NCBI GenBank assembly: GCA_965198175.1
Contig: OZ240245.1
Location: forward strand, 2,015,278 to 2,079,277
Source: Candidatus Poribacteria bacterium
Lineage (GTDB): Bacteria > Poribacteria > WGA-4E > PCPOR2b
Length of the DNA stretch: 64,000 nucleotides
Direction: 5' to 3'
The translations under genes and the position numbers were made by a program. Positions within the stretch are counted from its first letter, which is position 1. Every line of letters starts with the position of its first letter. The notes beneath the pieces were generated by a model. The model ran no database searches. It worked only from the letters and a program-made list of their open reading frames with translations, and was not told the DNA's origin. Below are positions 8,230 to 17,240 of this stretch, one piece after another.

Positions 8230-10484
8230 TGTCAGAGAAGAAAGAATACAAAGTCCTCGGAACCCGTCCCATCCGTCACGACGGTGTCGATAAGGTGACA
8301 GGTCGTGCCCTCTACGGCGCAGACTTCCAAACCACAGGTCTGCTGCACGGCAAGGTTCTGCGCAGCCCACATGCCCATGCACGCATCAAATCGATTGACA
8401 CTAGCCGTGCAGAAGCCCATCCCGGTGTGAAAGCGGTCGTGACCGCGGAAGACCTCCCTACGGCGGCGGATAAAATCGCCGATCTCGGAGAGGGCGCGGT
8501 CAATCTGAAATATCTGTGTGATAATATTCTCGCGAGCGACAAAGCTCTCTACACAGGCCATGCAGTTGCTGCACTCGCAGCGAACGACCCCCACACCGCT
8601 GAAGAAGCGCTCGAACTCATTGATGTCGAGTACGAGTTGCTACCGCCGGTGCTTGAGGTGCGCGAAGCGATGAAAGATGATGCGCCGCTGCTGCATGAGA
8701 GTCTGAAAACCGACGCGATGGGAGAAAAGTCTGAAAAGTCGAGTAATATTGCGAGTCATTTCCAACACAAAAAGGGAGATATCGAGGTAGGTTTCGCAGA
8801 AGCAGATATTATCATTGAACACGATTTTGTCACAGGGACCGTGCATCAAGGCTACATTGAGCCTCACAATGCAACCGCGTTGTACAATCCCGACGGACAA
8901 CTCACCATCTGGTGCAGCACTCAAGGCGCATTTACAGTTCGGCAACAAATGGCAGAAATTCTCCAGATACCAATTTCCAAGATTAAAGTGGTGCCGATGG
9001 AGATTGGCGGCGGATTTGGCGGGAAGATTAGTGTTTACCTTGAGCCGGTTGCCGCGCTGCTTTCCAAGAAATCGGGTCGTCCTGTCAAGGTCTTGATGAA
9101 TCGGACAGAAGTTTTTGAAGCCACCGGACCAACCCCCGCATCTTACATCCGTGTAAAAATGGGAGTTACTAATGATGGGCGTATCACCGCGGCGGATGGA
9201 TACTTGGCTTTTGAAGCTGGCGCGTATCCGGGTTCACCCGTTGGCGCAGGAGCGATGTGTATTTTCTCTCCTTACAATATCCCCAATGGGCTGATTGATG
9301 GGTATGATGTTGTCGTTAATAAACCGAAAAGCAATGCATATCGCGCCCCCGGCGCAACAAATGCTGAGTTCGCCGCTGAAATCGTCGTTGATGAAATCTG
9401 TGAAAAAATCGGGATGGACCCGCTCGAATTCCGTATTCTCAACGCAGCAGAAGAGGGTGTCAGTCGTATTGATGGTCCGGTATTCCCGCGTATCGGTTGC
9501 ATCGAAACAACTGAAGCGGCAAAGGAACACCCGCACTACGCAGCTCCCCTCGAAGGGGAAAATAGAGGGCGCGGCGTCGCTTCCGGTTTCTGGTTCAATG
9601 TCGGTTTGAAATCAAGCGTCTCAATTAACGTGAACCCCGATGGGACGATAAGCCTTGTCGAAGGTTCGACTGACATCGGCGGCACACGGGCTTCGATTGC
9701 AATGCAAGCCGCGGAGGTATTGGGGATTCCCGCCGAAGCGGTTTATCCCACCGTGGTCGATACAAATTCGGTCGGTTATACAGATGTGACCGGTGGCAGC
9801 CGTACCACATTTTCGACGGGATACGCCGCTTATGAAGCCGCTCAGGATGTCAAGCGGCAGATGGTGGAACGCGCAGCAAAATTGTGGGACGTAGATTCAG
9901 GAGAGGTGCAGTTCGCCGACGGCGATTTTATATGCGTGAACGGCAAAGATGAACGTATGAGTTTCAAACAGTTGGCTGCGAGACTTGATGAGGTCGGTGG
10001 TCCAGTTACGGGACGCGCCTCCGTCGATCCAACGGGGGTTGGCGGCGCATTCGCAACCCATATCGTTGATGTTGAGGTCGATCCAGACACCGGGAAAGTT
10101 CAAATCCTGCGCTACACAGCGGCGCAAGACGCTGGAAAAGCCGTCCACCCCAGTTATGTCGAAGGGCAGATGCAAGGCGGCGTAACGCAAGGGATTGGCT
10201 GGGCGTTGAATGAGGAATATATCTACAACGACGAAGGAAGAATGACCAACGCTAGTTTCCTCGATTACCGCATGCCAACCTGCCTAGATTTGCCGATGAT
10301 TGACACGGTTATCGTTGAAGTTCCCAACCCTGGTCACCCGTATGGTGTCAGGGGTGTGGGGGAAGTCCCAATCGTTCCGCCCCCCGCAGCGATTGCCAAC
10401 GCAATATATCGTGCCGTAGGCGTTCGGATGAAAGAACTACCGATGTCACCTGGTCGGATCCTCAAAACGATGGGAAAGCTCTAA
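8229..10484 (+). CDS. xanthine dehydrogenase family molybdopterin-binding subunit
   Basis: GGGFGGK, AYRAPG and GVGE (catalytic Glu) motifs; start overlaps the upstream stop (TAATG). Confidence 0.93.
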   Translation: MSEKKEYKVLGTRPIRHDGVDKVTGRALYGADFQTTGLLHGKVLRSPHAHARIKSIDTSRAEAHPGVKAVVTAEDLPTAADKIADLGEGAVNLKYLCDNILASDKALYTGHAVAALAANDPHTAEEALELIDVEYELLPPVLEVREAMKDDAPLLHESLKTDAMGEKSEKSSNIASHFQHKKGDIEVGFAEADIIIEHDFVTGTVHQGYIEPHNATALYNPDGQLTIWCSTQGAFTVRQQMAEILQIPISKIKVVPMEIGGGFGGKISVYLEPVAALLSKKSGRPVKVLMNRTEVFEATGPTPASYIRVKMGVTNDGRITAADGYLAFEAGAYPGSPVGAGAMCIFSPYNIPNGLIDGYDVVVNKPKSNAYRAPGATNAEFAAEIVVDEICEKIGMDPLEFRILNAAEEGVSRIDGPVFPRIGCIETTEAAKEHPHYAAPLEGENRGRGVASGFWFNVGLKSSVSINVNPDGTISLVEGSTDIGGTRASIAMQAAEVLGIPAEAVYPTVVDTNSVGYTDVTGGSRTTFSTGYAAYEAAQDVKRQMVERAAKLWDVDSGEVQFADGDFICVNGKDERMSFKQLAARLDEVGGPVTGRASVDPTGVGGAFATHIVDVEVDPDTGKVQILRYTAAQDAGKAVHPSYVEGQMQGGVTQGIGWALNEEYIYNDEGRMTNASFLDYRMPTCLDLPMIDTVIVEVPNPGHPYGVRGVGEVPIVPPPAAIANAIYRAVGVRMKELPMSPGRILKTMGKL

Positions 10485-10505
10485 ATATCGGGCTGGTTAA
10501 AAAAA

Positions 10506-10540
10506 GTGCCTGCCCTTAATCGGAGCGAAGGGGCAGGCAC
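10506..10540. terminator. GC-rich hairpin, probable intrinsic terminator
   Basis: GTGCCTGCCCTT...AAGGGGCAGGCAC inverted repeat, preceded by an A-tract and followed by GTTT. Confidence 0.6.
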
Positions 10541-10597
10541 GTTTCACACACTATTCTCTGTATTCCCAACTTCCCCGCATTCATGAAAGGCTATACC

Positions 10598-10891
10598 ATG
10601 CCAATTGTATCAATCCCCTCCCTCATGCAGAATCTCACCAATGGCGTAGATAAAGTTAACGTGGACGGCAAAACACTGCGAGAAGTGATTTCCAATTTAG
10701 AGGAATCCTATCCAGGCTTTGCAGCACGTCTCTGCGATGGCGATCGAATTCGTCAAAATATCTCGTTGTACATTGACGGCATCATCTCACGGGAAGGGAT
10801 GCGTCAACTTGTAAAAGCAGATACGGAGATTCACTTTATCCCCGCCATCAGCGGTGGTTGCAGCCCCATACCTGCCAAGGTTAGTCAATAA
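10598..10891 (+). CDS. MoaD/ThiS family ubiquitin-like sulfur carrier with C-terminal extension after GG
   Basis: beta-grasp pattern ending EIHFIPAISGG, then CSPIPAKVSQ; follows the molybdoenzyme operon. Confidence 0.85.
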   Translation: MPIVSIPSLMQNLTNGVDKVNVDGKTLREVISNLEESYPGFAARLCDGDRIRQNISLYIDGIISREGMRQLVKADTEIHFIPAISGGCSPIPAKVSQ

Positions 10892-11127
10892 ATTGCCGTC
10901 TAGGCGCAGCACATTTGGGATCATGCTTAAATGGTGCCCAATTCTCGCCCAACTGCGCAATCCTTAGCGCTAGTGGATACGGCAAGGCATATCGCGTTCA
11001 CACCCCAACACCCCGCGCCTACTGTGGTACCCCCGCGTCGCCAAAGGGAAGCCCTCACAATTTCTTCGCAAGAATCGGTTGATTTGTAGACCAACCACCG
11101 CTAGTCCCATAGACAAACGGAGCAATC

Positions 11128-13221
11128 ATGACGCAACAAGACACCATCCAAACGATACTCAAGGACAGTGATTATCATCTTTCCTTGTTTAAGGAAAACG
11201 AGATTGAAGTGCTGTGCGACAATACCTTCATCAAAACTGTTAAAGGTGAAGAGAAGCCATTTGTAAACTGCATCGTGCGGGATAAAAGCATTCAGCTCAA
11301 ACCAGAAGAAGTCGTCCGCCAGCTTTATGCAGCGAGGCTAATCAATGAATACGGCTATCCCAAAACACGATTGGCTTTTGAGCATTCTGTAAACTTTGGT
11401 CGGCAGAAGAAAAGTGCCGATGTTGTTATCCTCGACAAAGACCGCCCTGATACTGCCTATATCATCGTTGAGTTGAAAAAACCCAAACTCAAGGACGGAA
11501 AAAACCAACTTAAATCCTACTGCAATGCGACCGGTGCCCCAATCGGTGTTTGGACAAACGGGGAGCAGATTTCTCATTACAATCGCAAGGATCCGAATTT
11601 CTTTGAAGAAATCACTGATATTCCCAACGTTGACCACGGTCTTGAGGATATCCTCGCCGAACACTTCACGCTGAAAGATCTAATTCTCAAAGACAAAATT
11701 GCCAATGAGCGGAAATCCTTGAAAAGCATCGTTCTGGAAATGGAGGATGAAGTACTGGCAAATGCTGGGGTGGATGTCTTTGAGGAGGTTTTCAAACTCA
11801 TATTCACCAAACTTTATGACGAATTCCGTAGTCGCGACGACAAGAAGGTAATCAACTATTTCTTGGCGCCAGTAATCAATACACTCGTGCATGATGAAGC
11901 CGACACGAACGATGTCGGCGCTGAAGATTACGATGTGCTCAAAGCAGAGGTTGCGAAGATTGTAGATGACCGCTTTCGAGTAATGGAGTTTAGGAATACC
12001 GGGCAGACCGACACCGAGCTAAAAGTTAAGATTCAGCGTCTTTTCGAAGCGGCGAAAAACCAATGGCCGGGCGTTTTTCCAGAAGGTGCTGCTTTTGAAC
12101 TCACGGACAGCCATTTAGCCATCTGTGTATCTAGCCTGCAAGATATAAAGCTCTTCAACTCCAATCTGCTGGTGGTGGATGAAGCTTTCGAATACTTGGT
12201 GAACAAATCCGCCAAAGGGGAAAAGGGGCAGTATTTTACACCCCGCCATGTGATTGATATGTGCGTTCAGATGCTGAATCCCCAACCCGGTGAGTATATG
12301 ATTGACACCGCGTCAGGCAGTTGTGGTTTCCCGGTGCATACCACTTTCAAAATCACCGGCCACCTTTTTTCCAATCAAGAAATCCCAGAAACAGATAAGC
12401 AGGAGGTACGCAAAGTCTTTGGCATTGACTTCGACGAAAAAACTGTGAGAGTTGCCAGAACATTGAACTTAATCGCCGGGGATGGAGAAAGCAACGTCTT
12501 ACATTTGAATACGTTGGATTTTGAACGTTGGAGGGACAGGACAGAGAGTGACAGAAAATGGATAAGAACTTATGGCGACGGCTTCTCGCGGTTGGAGAAA
12601 CTGAGAACCGACACAGAGGAAAATAAACGATTTAACTTTGATATCCTGATGGCAAATCCGCCCTTTGCTGGAGACATCAAAGAGAGCCGCCTGCTGCATC
12701 AATACCAACTCGGTTTCAAGGCAAACGGTGCGGCGCAGAGTAAAGTCGGGCGTGACATCTTGTTTATCGAGCGCAATCTGGACTTTCTCAAGCCCGGTGG
12801 ACGCATGGCGATTGTGTTGCCGCAGGGCAGATTCAACAACGCTTCCGACAAACGTATCCGCGATTATATCGCCGAACGTGCACGTATCCTTGCGGTCGTC
12901 GGTTTACATGGCAACACTTTCAAACCCCACACCGGCACGAAGACCAGCGTCCTGTTTGTGCAGAAGTGGGATGACAAGCTGTGTCCCAAAGTGGAAGACT
13001 ACCCGATTTTCTTTGCCGTGAGCGAAAAGGCTGGGAAAAACAATTCGGGTGATTATGTCTATGCAAAGAACTGTAACGGACAGTATAAATTAGACAATAA
13101 CGGCCATCTGATTGTTGAACATGATTTGCATAGCCATGAGGGAAAATTAGATGATGGCATCGCTGAAGCCTTTGTTGAGTGGGCAAAGGGTGAAAAATTG
13201 TCATTTTCGCGTGATGATTAA
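11128..13221 (+). CDS. fused restriction endonuclease (HsdR_N-like) / N6-adenine DNA methyltransferase, Type IIB-like R-M subunit
   Basis: N-terminal PEEVVRQ...ADVVI...IVELKK PD-(D/E)xK core; GQYFTPRHV, IDTASGSCGF (motif I) and NPPF (motif IV). Confidence 0.9.
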   Translation: MTQQDTIQTILKDSDYHLSLFKENEIEVLCDNTFIKTVKGEEKPFVNCIVRDKSIQLKPEEVVRQLYAARLINEYGYPKTRLAFEHSVNFGRQKKSADVVILDKDRPDTAYIIVELKKPKLKDGKNQLKSYCNATGAPIGVWTNGEQISHYNRKDPNFFEEITDIPNVDHGLEDILAEHFTLKDLILKDKIANERKSLKSIVLEMEDEVLANAGVDVFEEVFKLIFTKLYDEFRSRDDKKVINYFLAPVINTLVHDEADTNDVGAEDYDVLKAEVAKIVDDRFRVMEFRNTGQTDTELKVKIQRLFEAAKNQWPGVFPEGAAFELTDSHLAICVSSLQDIKLFNSNLLVVDEAFEYLVNKSAKGEKGQYFTPRHVIDMCVQMLNPQPGEYMIDTASGSCGFPVHTTFKITGHLFSNQEIPETDKQEVRKVFGIDFDEKTVRVARTLNLIAGDGESNVLHLNTLDFERWRDRTESDRKWIRTYGDGFSRLEKLRTDTEENKRFNFDILMANPPFAGDIKESRLLHQYQLGFKANGAAQSKVGRDILFIERNLDFLKPGGRMAIVLPQGRFNNASDKRIRDYIAERARILAVVGLHGNTFKPHTGTKTSVLFVQKWDDKLCPKVEDYPIFFAVSEKAGKNNSGDYVYAKNCNGQYKLDNNGHLIVEHDLHSHEGKLDDGIAEAFVEWAKGEKLSFSRDD

Positions 13222-13345
13222 TGGTCCCAACAGAATTCAAATCGGCTATAGAATTAGGTTTACTCGCAAGCAGGATATTCGCGCTCATTTTCATGACACG
13301 GCGTATATTTTATAAAACATAGTCGTTTCAGGTGGGGGATAACTA

Positions 13346-14755
13346 GTGCATTTTTCAATTGCCGCTTATTCGGAATTAGAACGAACCAAGAGAATTGATG
13401 CTGAATTTTTTTTGCCTGTGTATCGTGAATTGAATAAGGTGTTGTCTGCGAAGACAGTTCAGCCATTAACGGCATTGTGCAATGTATCAGATGGCAATCA
13501 TATGTCGGTCGCTCATCATTTTCAGGACGAAAAGGGTATTCCTTATTTTCGAGGACAAGATATCAATACAGATTTCTTTATTGAGAATGCCACACCTACA
13601 TTCATCCCGGAGAACATTTACGCCCTCCCCTATATGAAAAGGTCATGGTTTCAAAATGGAGATATATTGTTATCTATCGTTGGGACAATTGGGAGCTTGT
13701 CTATTGTCACGGATAAAATCAAGAAATCTACTGGAAGTTGCAAAATTGCTATTCTTCGCCCCAAGAGAAAGAGTAGTGAATATATTGCTACCTTTCTACA
13801 ATCAAAATATGGCCAATTCCAAATAAAGCGAAATACGAGAGGTGCAGTTCAGCAAGGTCTTCTTTTGGAAGACATGGAGCAGATTAAGGTTTATATTCCA
13901 TCAGAAAAGTTGGAGAAATCCATCTGCAGAGATATCCAAGCTTCTATTGAATTAAATAGATCTTCAACAGAGATGTACAGAGAAGCCCAAACCCTCCTAC
14001 TTTCAGAACTCGGACTTAACGACTGGCAACCCAAACACCGGCTGACCTTTGTCAAAAACTACTCCGACGCTGAACAAGCTGATCGCATCGATGCAGACTA
14101 TTTTCAACCAAAATATGAGGAAATTGTCCAAATTATCAAAAGCTATTCTGGCGGTTGGGATACGCTGGGGAATCTGGTGACAATAAGGAAATGTGTAGAG
14201 GTGGGAAGCAAAGAATACCGTACCGAGGGTGTTCCTTTTGTGCGTGTGAGCAATCTAAGCCCTTTTGAAATCACCGAAGAAAAGTACATTTCCGAGGAAT
14301 TGTATGGAAAAATTATACAGTATCAACCTGAACAGGGCGAGATACTATTCAGCAAAGACGCAACCCCAGGCATAGCCTATTACTTGAGCGAACAACCCAA
14401 GAAAATGATACCCTCTGGCGGGATACTCCGCCTGAGAAGCAAAACGAATAAAATCAAGAACGAATATTTGATGCTTGTGCTCAATTCAATACTGACAAGA
14501 GAACAAGTAAACCGTGATGTCGGGGGATCCTTAATTCTACATTGGCGCCCAGAACTGGTCAAAGCAACAGTCATTCCATTGTTACCCGAAGAAAAACAAA
14601 TCCAAATCCAGCAGAAGGTCATTGAATCCTTTAGCTTGCGAAGACAGTCCAATCACCTAGTGGAATGTGCCAAGCACGCGGTGGAGATGGCCATTGAGCA
14701 AGACGAACAAACCGCGATTGACTGGCTGGAAAATAAAACGCAGGAGGTAACCTGA
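13346..14755 (+). CDS. restriction-modification specificity (S) subunit with two target-recognition domains
   Basis: Repeated RIDAEFF / RIDADYF conserved blocks flanking two variable regions; visibly AT-rich; GTG start after GGGGGA. Confidence 0.85.
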   Translation: MHFSIAAYSELERTKRIDAEFFLPVYRELNKVLSAKTVQPLTALCNVSDGNHMSVAHHFQDEKGIPYFRGQDINTDFFIENATPTFIPENIYALPYMKRSWFQNGDILLSIVGTIGSLSIVTDKIKKSTGSCKIAILRPKRKSSEYIATFLQSKYGQFQIKRNTRGAVQQGLLLEDMEQIKVYIPSEKLEKSICRDIQASIELNRSSTEMYREAQTLLLSELGLNDWQPKHRLTFVKNYSDAEQADRIDADYFQPKYEEIVQIIKSYSGGWDTLGNLVTIRKCVEVGSKEYRTEGVPFVRVSNLSPFEITEEKYISEELYGKIIQYQPEQGEILFSKDATPGIAYYLSEQPKKMIPSGGILRLRSKTNKIKNEYLMLVLNSILTREQVNRDVGGSLILHWRPELVKATVIPLLPEEKQIQIQQKVIESFSLRRQSNHLVECAKHAVEMAIEQDEQTAIDWLENKTQEVT

Positions 14756-16080
14756 TGAACATCACTCAATTCACAATAGAGGAAGTACGCTGTTTTGCCG
14801 GACGGCAAGAGTTCAACATTCGTCCCTTAACGTTTTTAGTCGGGGAAAATAGTACCGGCAAGACCACAACATTGGCGTGTTTTGAGATGTTAGCAAATTA
14901 CTTGGCAACGGGAGAAATAGATTTTAATTCGCACCCTTATTCAATGGGAATCTTTAAAGATATTGTCAGAAGGACCACAAAAAAAGACAAAGCCTTTAAG
15001 CTTGGACTTGCCTTTAGGTGGCCTGGGAAAACTGGTCCCGTTGAACATACCGTTGAATTTGTTGAAAAAGAGGGAGGCATTGAACCCGCTGTCAGGTCAG
15101 TGACGCTGAAATTCACTGACGGCGAAATCGTGATTAGCGCTGATGATACAAGGGAAGAGGGTGTGCCTTTCATCTCCTGTGATAAAGAACAGAATCAGTA
15201 TCGTATAGGAGTGCATTCTGCTATTCTAGATAGGCGCTCGCCACTCTTCTTTTTAGACAGACCTGTTCATAGAGAGGAACAGCCGTCTGATGGCGAAATG
15301 GCCTTAGCGAACTATTTACAGGAGAAGCGTGGAGGTATGATATACCCATCGTGGAGGACAAGGGCTGGCGCCGTATTTAGTACTTCGCCGGTTCGTTCTC
15401 AACCGAAGCGGACCTATGACCCGACAAGGGAATTTGATGACCCTGAGGGCAGCGATATTCCGATGCGGTTAATGCGGATAAAGGCTACGGATGAAAAGAA
15501 ATGGGAAGACTTGAAAGCGGAGTTGGTTAAATTTGGTAAAAGCTCGGGTCTTTTTCAGAACATAGAGGTTAAAAACCTTGGTAGATCTATGGGCAGCTCA
15601 TTCCAATTGACAGTCAAAGTAAGGGGACCAAACTCCAATATCATTGATGTTGGCTACGGAGTCAGTCAAATTTTGCCGATTTTGGTGTATATTTTTGATC
15701 AGCCTGTCTCTCGGCGGCGTATTTATAGAAGCGGAAGAATTCCCTTCTTTCTATTACAACAACCTGAGGTCCATCTGCACCCGAGGGCGCAGGCAGAACT
15801 CTCTTCTTTACTAGCTAAGTCGGCACGCCGGGGTCCGAGTGGGTGGACCTTCATTGTTGAAACGCACAGTGACTATATGATTGACCGGGCACGCGTTGAA
15901 ATCAGGAAAGGCAATATCCGCCCTGAAGATGTGTCGCTGATATATCTGGAGCCAAAGGGGCGTGTTGTCAAGGTGCATAATATCAGTTTTGATAAGATGG
16001 GCAATATGGAGGGGGTGCCGCCGCATTACAGAGAATTTTTCCTGAACGAAACCGACCGCCTCATGGGTTTTGAGGATTAA
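14755..16080 (+). CDS. ABC/AAA_21-type ATPase (DUF3696-like C-terminus)
   Basis: Walker A GENSTGKTT, signature-like DVGYGVSQILP, Walker B region LLQQPEVHLHP, H-loop VETHSDY; ATG overlaps the S-subunit stop (TGATG). Confidence 0.88.
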   Translation: MNITQFTIEEVRCFAGRQEFNIRPLTFLVGENSTGKTTTLACFEMLANYLATGEIDFNSHPYSMGIFKDIVRRTTKKDKAFKLGLAFRWPGKTGPVEHTVEFVEKEGGIEPAVRSVTLKFTDGEIVISADDTREEGVPFISCDKEQNQYRIGVHSAILDRRSPLFFLDRPVHREEQPSDGEMALANYLQEKRGGMIYPSWRTRAGAVFSTSPVRSQPKRTYDPTREFDDPEGSDIPMRLMRIKATDEKKWEDLKAELVKFGKSSGLFQNIEVKNLGRSMGSSFQLTVKVRGPNSNIIDVGYGVSQILPILVYIFDQPVSRRRIYRSGRIPFFLLQQPEVHLHPRAQAELSSLLAKSARRGPSGWTFIVETHSDYMIDRARVEIRKGNIRPEDVSLIYLEPKGRVVKVHNISFDKMGNMEGVPPHYREFFLNETDRLMGFED

Positions 16081-16082
16081 TT

Positions 16083-16517
16083 ATGTGTATTATCTTGGAC
16101 ACCAACGCGTTTGGTGAATTTAAAAAACGAGACAAGGGGAAGAAAAACAAACACATGGCGCCTATATGGAATTGGTTGGACGGAAAGCACGGCAAAATTG
16201 TCTATTCTCCTACCGAGAAGATCAAAAGAGAATGGCTAAAGGGAGGAATGAAAAATCATATGAGAACATTAAATCAAGCCGGGAAACTCAAACTTATTCC
16301 CGCTAAGGATGTACAAGCGAAAGCTAATGTATTAGACCAAACAGGTGCACTCAAATCTGATGACGCACATATTATCGCGCTGGCGATGATTGCGAGAGTA
16401 GAGGTATTGGTCTCCGCTGACAAGGCATTGCACGCCGATTTTAGGGCTATGGTCGGGGGCGAAGTGTACATGACAAAAAGCCATTCGCACTTGCTGACTA
16501 GAGATACCTGCCCTTAG
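16083..16517 (+). CDS. PIN-domain protein (putative ribonuclease)
   Basis: ILDTN...KREW...SDDAHII...VSADK acidic tetrad typical of the PIN fold; starts 2 nt after the ATPase stop. Confidence 0.8.
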   Translation: MCIILDTNAFGEFKKRDKGKKNKHMAPIWNWLDGKHGKIVYSPTEKIKREWLKGGMKNHMRTLNQAGKLKLIPAKDVQAKANVLDQTGALKSDDAHIIALAMIARVEVLVSADKALHADFRAMVGGEVYMTKSHSHLLTRDTCP

Positions 16518-16694
16518 TAGGGAATAACGATCCTTACGCTGGGATCCCAACATGCACTTATCCCAAAAACCGACATATGCCAAGCGAGCGGTAGAGATTG
16601 GTGGGCTTCATCGTTAGGTGTTTCACCCTTCCTTGCCGTTGAGGCCTGGGGATATTCGCCGTAACCTAACGCAGCAAACACACAGGAGAATCAC

Positions 16695-17156
16695 ATGACA
16701 GATGTCAAATCGTTGGTAGTTGGCATGGATGCGCCGGACTTAGAGATGGAAGATGCGGATGGCGTTGTCCATCGCCTGCGCGATTACGTCGGGAAGAAAA
16801 ACGTCGTTCTGGCGTTTTATCCCAAAGACTTTACCAGTGGCTGAACGGCGGAGGTTTGCTCGCTCCGGGATGAGTCGAGCCAATTTGCAGCGCACGATGT
16901 ACAAGTTTTCGGTGTTAGTGTACAGGACGCTGAAAGCCACAAAAAGTTTGCGGAACAGTACGACCTGAACTTTCCGCTTCTTGTAGACACGGACCGCTCA
17001 TTCAGCTTGCTATTCGGCGCTACTGACCAGCCGGATGGCATGAGTAGCCGTATGACGGTCGTCATTGATAAAGCCGGAAAGATTATCAAGCTTGATAAGC
17101 AGGTCAACGCGAAAGCGCACGGCAAAGATTTAATCGACTTCTTCGAGTCGAGGTAA
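16695..17156 (+). CDS. selenocysteine-containing peroxiredoxin (BCP/PrxQ, AhpC-TSA family), 153 aa, copy 1
   Basis: RBS CAGGAG, ATG 16695; FYPKDFTSG-U(TGA 16842-16844)-TAEVCSLRD matches BCP FYPKDxTPGCTxEAC; frame continues with DLNFPLLVD and RMTVVIDKAG to TAA 17156. Confidence 0.9.
16858..16880 (+). promoter_or_regulatory. bacterial SECIS-like hairpin
   Basis: GCTCG-CTC-[CGGGAT]-GAG-T-CGAGC; loop starts 22 nt after the UGA with G in the second loop position, consistent with the bacterial SECIS model. Confidence 0.7.
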
Positions 17157-17240
17157 TCCGATAACGCTCTCGAACGCGGAACGTTTGCCCGACTTTTACC
17201 GCTAGCCGGTATTCGACATGAAAACTGGCGCTTTTTGCGC

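Larger units (their letters stand above)
14944..17240 (+). repeat. copy 1 of the ATPase-PIN-peroxiredoxin block (inverted repeat partner of 42016-44437)
   Basis: Colinear homology from ATPase codon MGIFK to AAAACTGGCGCTTTTTGCGC; near-identical over the peroxiredoxin gene. Confidence 0.9.

Noticed and set aside
7699-8382. Long antisense ORFs (e.g. 7699-8382, 42828-43574, 46341-47018)
   Set aside because: Shadow frames opposite well-supported genes, with no motifs or RBS.
8229-10484. Aerobic CO dehydrogenase (coxL)
   Set aside because: Active-site loop is AYRAPG, not the form I AYxCSFR motif.
14755-16517. Assignment to Septu, PARIS, Gabija or PrrC
   Set aside because: The partner has a PIN acidic tetrad, not HNH, TOPRIM, UvrD or HEPN motifs. 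Used only as analogies.
16842-16844. Genome-wide UGA reassignment (genetic code 4 or 25)
   Set aside because: Many well-conserved genes here end at TGA (e.g. 7734, 14755, 23620), and in-frame TGA appears only at the Prx catalytic site.
16849-16867. Alternative SECIS hairpin CGGAG/CTCCG
   Set aside because: Its loop starts only about 10 nt after the UGA, too close for the bacterial SECIS model; the 16858-16880 hairpin fits better.
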